Origin: Hyaloraphidium curvatum SAG 235-1
Taxonomy: Eukaryota > Fungi > Monoblepharomycota
Direction: 5' to 3'
NCBI GenBank assembly: GCA_025558095.1
Contig: JAIVFI010000027.1
Coordinates: 124,001-188,000 of the forward strand
DNA: 64,000 bases
The notes beneath the pieces were generated by a model. The model saw only the letters and a program-made list of their open reading frames with translations. It was not told the DNA's origin and did no database searches. Numbering within the stretch: the first letter of the stretch is position 1; each line of letters starts with the position of its first letter. Made by a program: the position numbers and the translations under genes. This document shows, piece after piece, positions 10,366 through 18,773 of this stretch.

Positions 10366-12057
10366 TCAAGCGATAAGCCTGCGTCCCAGCGAACACCTGC
10401 GACCACCTGTCAGCAGCGATAGCGCCTTCCCCTGAGCCCTGTCTGCAACCCACCCATCCAAGGCGCACCCTCCGGTGACGTACCCGACCGACACGTGCAG
10501 GCCGAGGTAGTACGTGCCAGAGCTGCAGGCCGGCAGGGCGACGGGTCCCACGGTGCCGACTGTGGCGCCGGATGGGCAGTAGTCCTTGCTGCCGGGCCAC
10601 TTTCCGAAGGCGTAGACGGACTGGGAGCGCGCGTCGGGCTGCAAAGGACGGGAAGGTTCAGCCGAAGCGTCCCGATCGGGAAGCAGACCAACCAGAGAGC
10701 TTCCGCACCACACGTTCAGGTGCGCGTCCTTGACCACCGCCGTACCCGAGGTCGAAAAGGCCACCGAAACGCCCGAGCCGGTCCACTGTACGGCGAAGGT
10801 GCCCACGTTTGTCCCGCAGCTCCCGCGGCGCGGGATCGACGCCCCCGAACCGGGCGCGCACGCGGGGTTCGACGGGCCGTTCGAGAAGGCCGAGCCGCCG
10901 GCGACCAGGATGCCGGTGCCGAGATTGGTGCCCTGGGCGACGGCGCTGCGTGCGATCGAATCGCGTGTGAGTGCGGGCGACGGACGCTGCGCCGGCGAAC
11001 CGCACCCGATGAAAAGCCCCCAGCGAGAACCTTGCCAACTTGTGAATCCGGTGCTGGGGAGGTACCCGAAAGCACTATCCGAGCCGCAGATCGGTGGCGG
11101 CGTGGACACCGTCGTCGTTGGCGAGCTCGTGCTGCTGGGCGCCTCCGAAGTCGACGCTGGGGTCTCCGACGTCGTGGAAGTCGACGAGGTCGTGACGGGA
11201 GTCTCCGAAGTGATCCTAGTCAGCGAGCTGGTGCTCGACGACGGCCCGGGCCCCCAGTTCCCGGGAACGGTGAGCGTCGTGCACTGGCAGTACTGCGAGT
11301 CCGCGGCACTGAACGTGCTCGGCTCGTCGAGGGAGCAAGTTATGTCGGTGGACGGGGTCTTGTATGCCACGCACGCCCTGAAGATGACCGAGGACGGGGT
11401 GGCGTGGTCGCAGGGAATGGTGGTCAGGTCCGTGCGCAGGACGAGGGATCCGAAGCCGATGCGTTGGATGTCCCCGCAGGCGTCCGAGTCGATGTCGCTT
11501 CCCGTTTGCGCCGGGGTGTAGCTGACCGCGGAGCACGTGGTGCCGAAATCGACCTGAAAGGGATCCTGCGTCGAATTCGACGGGACGATCCAGAGTCCTG
11601 CGGCATGGCAAGGTCGGGGAGGACGATGATTGTCGTCGTCGAATCGCACCGATGTCGTACACGTTATCCGCAGGATCGCTCAGTTGAATGCTGAAACTTC
11701 CGGCTGGATAGCGTGTCATTGTACGTAGATTGCCAAGACGGGCCACGATCGACCCACATGCGGTCCCCGTCACGCCTGTGCATCTCTGAGTCACAATCGG
11801 GGCGGTGGCTGTCCGCACCTGGAAGATGCTGAAAGCGCTCCCCGTGCAAGATCCGACGGGACCTGTAGAGGATTGGAAGGAAGGCCGGAGCATGAAGAGC
11901 GCATTTAACATGGCTTCTTCAAGACCACGAAAAGCGGAGTCCGAGACTCACCGAACGAAGTGCAGGGCACGCCCGTGTTCTCCCCTGCGGACGCGCCGAG
12001 AGCCAGCGCGGCCGCGAGTAGCAGGAAAAGGAGGCGCGGTGCCCGCGGGGAGGCCAT
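10366..12057 (-). CDS. Secreted Cys-rich-domain protein (paralog B) with a short S/T/P linker and a different C-terminal domain
   Basis: ATG 12057 gives MASPRAPRLLFLLLAAALALGASAGENTGVPCTSF with the same first-intron position as paralog A and a near-identical DIDSDACGDIQ..YCQCTTLTVPGNW domain. The 3' end is uncertain (10322-10366) because of a possible terminal intron. Confidence 0.75.
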
Positions 12058-12467
12058 CTTCCGTCCAAGCGGGTTCGGTGCACGAGGATCCGTTATCGCA
12101 CGCGCGGCGGCGGGCGGAGGCCTGCTCGCACGAAGTCAAGGAGCTGCTGAGCGACACGCGACTAGTGGGTTTGCCGGGAGCCCCTCGACAAAAATGGCCA
12201 GCGGCGACGGCCTGGTTTGGCGGCGGAGCGGGGCGGAGTCGCGGGGGCCCAGGCGGAGATGGCGGCCCGAGCGGCGGCACGGTTCTCCGTCGCTCGCACC
12301 CTGCGGATCGACCCTATTACAGAGAATGGGCACCCAGGCTGCGGTAGGGCGCGGCGGAGTGGCGTGGATTGTTATCTGGTCGGAGGGGCGGTAACGCAAA
12401 GGCTTGTACGGGCGGCGTTGGAGTCACCGGTGCCTCGCTGCCCACTTCCGATCGATCGGTCGCCGAG

Positions 12468-12713
12468 ATGCACACAAGACGACGAAGAAGTGACAGGAGA
12501 ACCACCAAGACGCTGACGGGCAAGCACCTCAAGCTCATCGTGAGGCCGATCGACACCGTCGAGGATCTGAAACTGGCGATACAGGGCAGGAAGGGCACCC
12601 CGCCCGAGATGCCGCGGATCATTTTCTCGGGCACGGAGCCGGAGGATTGGTGCCTTTTGGAGGTGCAGGAGGGGGACTGCGTCAACGTCGTCATCCGGTT
12701 CTGGGGCTGCTGA
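12468..12713 (+). CDS. Divergent ubiquitin-like domain (possibly a fragment or pseudogene)
   Basis: KTLTGKHLKLIVRPIDTVEDLKLAIQGRKGTPPEMPRIIFSG..VNVVIRFWGC* aligns with ubiquitin KTLTGK..DTIENVK.IQDKEGIPPDQQRLIFAG..LVLRLRGG. Confidence 0.6.
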   Translation: MHTRRRRSDRRTTKTLTGKHLKLIVRPIDTVEDLKLAIQGRKGTPPEMPRIIFSGTEPEDWCLLEVQEGDCVNVVIRFWGC

Positions 12714-12937
12714 GCGCCTTGAAGTGTGGAGGATGCCTTTGTTTTGGCGTGTGTCTTGGAGAAGGGTCACGCTGCGGCATCCATGTAGAGTATTCCATTC
12801 CTACTACTGTTGACTTGTCTACGGAACGATCCGGTCGTCGTCGGTCGGACGGTTGCGCGATGATTCGACAGTCAGACAGCGGCGGCCCGAGGACCGAGCC
12901 GGCGCGACGCCGACCCAAACACGCCGCCGGGGCCGCC

Positions 12938-14983
12938 ATGGCGTCACCCTCCGCCGCGCCGCCGCCGGGGTCGCCCGCGCGGTTCGATGCCGAGGCGGGC
13001 CGCGTGGTGCGCACGTCGCCGTCGACGGTGTCGCTGCAGTCGGTGCCCGTCGCGGAGCGCCCGCCGCCGCAGCAGACCATCGGCGCGGACGAGCTCGCGG
13101 CGCACCTCCGCGGGGCGGCCGCCCCCAAAATCGAGGAGGAGCCGGGCGGCTGCTTCGGCTGCTGCCGGCCGTCGCCCGCGCCAAAAACCCCCGCAGCGGG
13201 GACGGGGAGGCGCCGCCCGTCGACAGACTCCAAGTCGACGCAGTCCTCCGGCTCGTCGATCGCCGCCTTCCGCCCGTCGATGCGCGCCGCTCTGGCCAAA
13301 ACGGCGTCGTTCGTCGGCTTCTCGCAGCTCGCCGGCGCGTCGGCCCCGCAGGACCTGCTGCTGCCGCTCGGCCCGCCGTCGCTCGCCGGCGAGACGTACC
13401 TCTCGACGCCGCGCCAGATCGGCTGGGGCGCAGAGGGCACCGTGCGCATCGTGAAGCGCCGCAGGGACGGCGCGTTCCTGGCCGCAAAGGTGTTCAGGCC
13501 GTCGCCCGACGGCATCCACCTGGTGCGCGCCTCGTTCGAGCGCACCATCGGCTTCGCCGTCGGCGGCCACCCCAACCTCGTGCAGATCCTGGACCTGACC
13601 CGCGCCAACGACCTCGCCTTCACGGTGATGGAGTACGTGCCCGGGGGCAACCTGCGCATGGCCATGGCCAAGCCGGGCTACATCCGCAGCCAGGCCGTGG
13701 CCGACGGCATCTTTGTCCAGCTGTGCCGTGCACTCCTGTGGATGCACGCCATGGGCGTGGCCCACAGGGACATCAAGCTGGAGAACGTCATGTGGCATCC
13801 GCGCAGGCCGCTGGCCAAGCTGGCGGACTTTGGCAACGCCGACGTGTTTTGGAACGCAAAGGGCTTCGCGGACGGGACCTTTGGCGGGGCCGACAACCTG
13901 GGCGCCGCGGCGTTCAAGAAGCGCGCCGAGGAGCGGCACCTCAGCGAGGCCATCCTCAAGGGCACGGGGATGACGGGGACCATGTCGGCGGGCCAGATGG
14001 TCCAGGCCGCCGGCGGCGACCTGGCCTACCTCGGCGGCCGCGTGGTCGCCGACGCCAAGCCCGCCACGGGCAACGGCAAAGCGGCCGGCAAGCCGCCCCC
14101 GGGCAAGCTCTTTTCCGCGGGGGACGACGATTCGGACCCCGAAACCGAGGACGGCTCGCACTCCCCACCCCGCGCCTCGGTCGGCTCCCTCGCCTCCTCC
14201 CGCTCCTCCGCCCGCGGCATCCCCCGCCCGCAGCTCGACGATCCCACCAGCCCCAGCGCCTTTTTCCAATCCCCCGCCGGCTCCTCGGAGGAAGCCGAGG
14301 GCCGCATCGACGAGGCCGCGTTCAAAGGGCACCTCCCCCTCTCCCCCACCGAATTCCGCCGCCCTTCCCGGTACCGCGACCCCGCGCGCAACTACGAGGG
14401 CCCCGTCCCCCCCGCCTTCTCCCCCTCGGACGACCCCACCGCCCCCTCCTGCCCCATCCGCCTGACCTTCGGCACCGTCGGCACCGCCGCCTACATCGCC
14501 CCCGAGCAGTACCTCAGCCCCCGCCGCCCGGACCCGTCCGATGCGACGGGGTGGTACGACCCCCGCCCCGTGGACGCGTGGATGTGCGGGGTGCTCTACC
14601 TGTACCTGTCCTCGCGGAGGATCCCGTGGGCGTCGGCGACAGAGACCGAGGCGGCGTACAGGCGGTGGCGCGAGGGCAAGGGGAGCAAGGTGATGGAGGA
14701 TTGGGAGGCGATGCGGGTGCCGTACGGGGGGAAGGAGGCCGAGCGGTACTTCCGCTCCGCCGGGGCGCGCGGGGTGATCATGGAGGACCGGGCGCGGCTG
14801 GTGAGGAGGATGATGGAGGTGGATCCGAGAAGGAGGGCGGGGGTGGCGGAAATAGTGGCGGATCCGGCTTTTGGGAAGATGGCGGAGGAGTTCGAGAGGA
14901 GGACGAGGGGGTTGGCGCAGGGGGGGTTCTACCTGGATCCCGACGACGCTCCCAAAGGGGGGGAGTCGTTCGCGGCGGACTAG
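12938..14983 (+). CDS. Ser/Thr protein kinase (HAL/NPR1-like) with a very long activation-segment insert
   Basis: IGWGAEGTV, AAK, HRDIKLEN, DFG, GTAAYIAPE, VDAWMCG and IPW motifs in an uninterrupted ORF. Confidence 0.88.
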   Translation: MASPSAAPPPGSPARFDAEAGRVVRTSPSTVSLQSVPVAERPPPQQTIGADELAAHLRGAAAPKIEEEPGGCFGCCRPSPAPKTPAAGTGRRRPSTDSKSTQSSGSSIAAFRPSMRAALAKTASFVGFSQLAGASAPQDLLLPLGPPSLAGETYLSTPRQIGWGAEGTVRIVKRRRDGAFLAAKVFRPSPDGIHLVRASFERTIGFAVGGHPNLVQILDLTRANDLAFTVMEYVPGGNLRMAMAKPGYIRSQAVADGIFVQLCRALLWMHAMGVAHRDIKLENVMWHPRRPLAKLADFGNADVFWNAKGFADGTFGGADNLGAAAFKKRAEERHLSEAILKGTGMTGTMSAGQMVQAAGGDLAYLGGRVVADAKPATGNGKAAGKPPPGKLFSAGDDDSDPETEDGSHSPPRASVGSLASSRSSARGIPRPQLDDPTSPSAFFQSPAGSSEEAEGRIDEAAFKGHLPLSPTEFRRPSRYRDPARNYEGPVPPAFSPSDDPTAPSCPIRLTFGTVGTAAYIAPEQYLSPRRPDPSDATGWYDPRPVDAWMCGVLYLYLSSRRIPWASATETEAAYRRWREGKGSKVMEDWEAMRVPYGGKEAERYFRSAGARGVIMEDRARLVRRMMEVDPRRRAGVAEIVADPAFGKMAEEFERRTRGLAQGGFYLDPDDAPKGGESFAAD

Positions 14984-15137
14984 ATATCGCGGTTGGCCGA
15001 AAAGATGATATCTATGCCATCATGCGCCCGCACTGCTCATCAAATGCCTTCTGTTTCGCCATCATGTCACATTTGCAACCAACGCAACGAGTAATGCGCG
15101 GCGGCCTGTTCAGCAGCCACAAAGAAGGCGGATGAGA

Positions 15138-15183
15138 TCGATTGTGACCCCCTCTTGAAAGAGGAGGGGTCCAAAGTAGTCGA
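15138..15183. other. Intergenic imperfect hairpin capped by GAAA
   Basis: TCGATTG-T-GACCCCCTCTT-GAAA-GAGGAGGGGTC-CAAAG-TAGTCGA; the arms pair with a few G-T pairs and bulges. Confidence 0.5.
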
Positions 15184-15545
15184 GTTGCCTTATGCCAGCG
15201 TAGATGAGGCCGGGGTAGCGTAGTGGCCGGCGGATAATTGGGACCGCGATATGCGGGCCGGCGGCCGGGATGAAAGTGCTGATGGCGGCTGGGAAGGGAC
15301 CGGTGCGCCGACTTTCCTTTCCCCCACGTCAGAGCGTGCTCGTGCCGGCGTTCGGAACCATGCGGGCACGACGAGTCCGATCATGGTTCTGTCTGTTGGA
15401 TCCATGCGCCGACATCGGCCTCATGCGCGTTGGTGTTGGTCCCTGGCGGCGCGATTACGGCCGGTCGGCAGACGGTGACTGCCGAGGCCCGACGTGCCGA
15501 CGTGCCGCGCACCCCCCTGCGATACGAACCACAGACCGTACAGCG

Positions 15546-16292
15546 ATGGCGACCGCACCATGGTGGCTGTCGGTGCTCCTCGGCGCGATCCTGTGCCTCG
15601 ACGGCGCCCCGTTGAGCGGGGTCGCGGACCAAGTGGGACGGGAGAACAACAGCTGACGGCCGGGCTCCTCCAGCGACTTCGGCCACCCCGACGCGCCCCC
15701 GGACACGGTGCCGTGCGTGCAGGGCGGTGACCGCCGCTCGCTCTACCGGCGCTACGGCGGCGACGCCGACGCTTGGGCGGGCGCCGCCACGATCGACATC
15801 GCCAGCAACCTCCCGCCGACCAACGAGGTCACCAGCCTCATCGGCAGCGCGGTCGGCAACGGCCAGAAGAGGGCGCTCAGGTTCACGCTGCCGGCCGGGA
15901 AGGAGTGCCGGCTCGCCGCGGCCGTGCTCCGCCTGCTGGTTTCGAGCGGCGGGAGCCTGCCCGCCGTCACCATCCGCTCCCAGAAGAGCAGCGACCCGGC
16001 GGCCAACATCCTCGACACCTTCACCACCTCGGACGCGGTCGCCGAGGGCTCCGTCGCCGCCTACACCTACTCGGCCGGCGACCCCGCGCGGGTGTACGGC
16101 AACGGCACCGCCTTCGAGGTGCAGATCGAGGCCGCCGGCACCGCGGCCGCCACCTGGTCGAGCAGCAGCCCCACCAAGAACTTCGCGGGGGTCGCGACCC
16201 TGGCAGCCAACTACCGTTGGGCGTCCACAGGGTGGATCGTCGTCCTCACCAAGAACTCGCTCTCGCTCACGGGGACGTGCCGGGACGTGTAG
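15546..16292 (+). CDS. Secreted beta-sandwich protein (choice-of-anchor-R-like), 1 intron
   Basis: Signal-like MATAPWWLSVLLGAILC, an intron ending ctccag at about 15673, and a GC3-rich exon IASNLPP..KRALRFTLP..RLAAAVLRL..VTIRS..AYTYS..ATWS. Confidence 0.65.
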
Positions 16293-16594
16293 GCCGCGGG
16301 GGATTCCGCGGTTCGGGATTCGGGTGGGTGGCATCTGGCCGTTGGATGCGGCAGGAGGCGACTGTATGTCAACCCACTTTACTACAGCCAACTGCGGCCC
16401 GAACATCCCCCAAAAACCTCGCGTGTGGGGGGCCTCCAATTGTCCCCTTTGTGCCTCCGAAAGCGTCCGATCGCACGGAGAGGGCGCAGCGCGCAGAGCG
16501 GTCCGGCCGCACAGCGGGACCTGCACGGCCAAGAAGGCAGGAGAGGGTAGCCGGAAAGCGGCTTGTGCACGACCACCGCCCGCCGTCAGGTCCG

Positions 16595-17515
16595 TCACCC
16601 CTCGCAACCGCACCGCCTCGCCCTCTCCTCGAACCGCTCCAAAGCCTCCCTGTACAATTTCCTCTCCCCGCTCAGAATGTCGTCCAGGTGCTCCCGCGCC
16701 TTGACGCTGAGCGCCTCCCAATCCGCCGCCGAGAAGCCATCGTCGTCCCCCGCGCCGATCGCCTCGTTCGGCCCGGGCGTCCCGCCCAGCTCGCAGTGGA
16801 ACACGCACGCGCTGGCGGCGAACCGCTCCGCGATGCCGAAGAAGGCGGCCTCGGAGAACAGCCTCCGCCTCGCCATGGCGTGGTCGTCGTCCGAGGGTGC
16901 GCGGATGCCGCCGATGCCGGCGAGCGCCTTGGTGGCGGCCACGGCGCGCCCGGCGGGGCCCATGTCGCGCGCGCAGACGGTCCTGCTCGGGGCGGGATCG
17001 GGCTCGCGCAGGCAGCCCTCGACGAAATCCGAGTAGGCGGCGGCGATGTCCCGCGTGGTCCGCGGCTCCCTCCCGGCGGCGTCCCTCGCCCAGTGCGCGA
17101 GAAGCCGTGCGGCGGGATCGCGCAGCATCACGACGGCGGCGTGCTCGCCGTGCGGCGGCCAGGCAGCATTTTGAAGGTCCGTCTCGTTGCCGGCCGGCGC
17201 GCAGGCGAGCAGCGCGCCGCCGCACGCCACGTCTGCCGCGGCCGCGCGCGGGTCGACGCCCGCGGGGTGCGGCCGCCCTTTGGCGGGGCAGCCGAAGCCC
17301 TTCACGGCGCACTCGGGCAGGAAGTTGCGCAGCACCGTGACGAACGCCGCGCCGCTCTCGGGGATGTCGACGAACCGCAGCGCGGGCCGCGCCGGGCCGG
17401 GGGCAGCAGGGACGCCGCCCGCGAGCGCGGACGCCGCCGCGCGGAGGGTGCGGACCGCGAGCGCCGCGAGGACCGTTGCGACGAGCTCGAAGCAGAAGCG
17501 CCGGCGCAGCCGCAT
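16595..17515 (-). CDS. Type II membrane sulfotransferase-fold protein (Sulfotransfer_2-like) with degenerate PAPS motifs
   Basis: N-terminal anchor, then LRFVDIPESGAAF (vs HIPKTGG), VVMLRDPAARLLAHW (vs RDPxxRxxSxY), FFGIAERFAAS (vs VGxxERFxxS) and ERKLYREALERF. Confidence 0.7.
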   Translation of the reverse strand: MRLRRRFCFELVATVLAALAVRTLRAAASALAGGVPAAPGPARPALRFVDIPESGAAFVTVLRNFLPECAVKGFGCPAKGRPHPAGVDPRAAAADVACGGALLACAPAGNETDLQNAAWPPHGEHAAVVMLRDPAARLLAHWARDAAGREPRTTRDIAAAYSDFVEGCLREPDPAPSRTVCARDMGPAGRAVAATKALAGIGGIRAPSDDDHAMARRRLFSEAAFFGIAERFAASACVFHCELGGTPGPNEAIGAGDDDGFSAADWEALSVKAREHLDDILSGERKLYREALERFEERARRCGCEG

Positions 17516-18773
17516 GGCTCCGGGCGGCCGCCGAAGCGCCGGGGGTCGATATTCTCGAGTTTGGGGGATCGCTGACGGCGGGCGGGCGGCTCACACCGAC
17601 CCCCTGAACCCTGTTTTCCGGATCCCCGGTGCCGACTTCCACAACCCCACACCGCACGCCTGCTAGAAAGTGGGCCGGCCTCCTCGCTGCCGCACTGGCT
17701 GCTGCGGCGGTGGCCGCACCCGACTCACCTGGCCGCCGGTCCGCACCGAAAAGGCAAGTACGCCCCGGCACCGACATCGTGGTTCGAGCCGGTGTTTTCA
17801 ACCTGATGGCTTGTAGCACGTTCCGGTGTATCACGCTCCGGTGTTTTCCTCATTCGCGGGACGTCTCCTTTCCCGGCCGGCTTCCGTTCCAGACGCAAGG
17901 GCACGGACCCTTGCCACCGGGGCAGCGAGCTCGCTGCCGTCCTCAGTCGCCGTGCAGATGCACCGGCACGTGTGCGTCACTGCCGTTTGCAACTAGCTGT
18001 GGGCAATGGATGCCTGTAGTCGGTCGGGGAACCGAAATACGAGAGTGAGTTTGCGTCCCACTGTCCCCACTGTCCCCCAAATGGGATCCCGCCGTTCCCG
18101 TCGCAATCCCACCGTTCCCATCGGCCATCGACGCCTCGCTTTGCGTTTGCACGCTGCTAGGAGACCGCAAGTTCCTCGACCACACCATCGATCCGTTCCG
18201 GGCGGCTGCGTTGTGGCTCGGAGACCCAAAACCAAGCACCGAACTCTATGAAGACTTCGATTCCGGATTGCTTTCGCCAAGGATCTCTTTCCTTCAGAGA
18301 GAAACAGTAGCTGAGCGGCTCCCTCCTCCCATTTCCGCGATCCGAAGCTGTCCGTGTCCCTCGAAACTGCTCCGTTGCGCAAGGCCGGGCGCTCGGCAAC
18401 CGCGCAGGGGTAGCACAACGCACGTCTTGTCGCCGCACTTCGAAGGCATTTTCCAGCTCGTTGCAGTCGATCGGGGTAAGGAATGTGGGGGCACGTATTG
18501 GTATCTTGGCGCTAGGCGCTTTCAAGTGCGTGCGGGCTGTGTCCAGCGGATGTCAACCCTGACTTGCTCGGTGCGGGAAATCATTGCACACTATCGATGA
18601 TAGCAAAAATCAGTCTGTTGGCTGTCGCAACACTCCCGGTTGCCCGGTATGCTGCGAGATGCCGCACACGCGGCGAGCTGTGCGGTGGCGAGCGCAAGGC
18701 TGGTGCCCCCAGACCCGCGGACCCGTCCTTTTCCCGCCCGCAACCGACGTCCGACGTCCGCCCGGATCGCGCG

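Noticed and set aside
15130-15185. Hairpin as a SECIS element or hammerhead ribozyme
   Set aside because: The ATGA-to-AA spacing does not fit SECIS, the CTGATGA core is absent, and the upstream kinase has no in-frame TGA.
15208-15290. tRNA-like start GGCCGGGGTAGCGTAGTGG
   Set aside because: There is no T-loop GTTCRA at the correct distance and no cloverleaf.
12853-17834. Many long Arg/Pro/Gly-rich overlapping ORFs (also throughout the window)
   Set aside because: These are expected alternative-frame artefacts of high GC content and carry no motifs.
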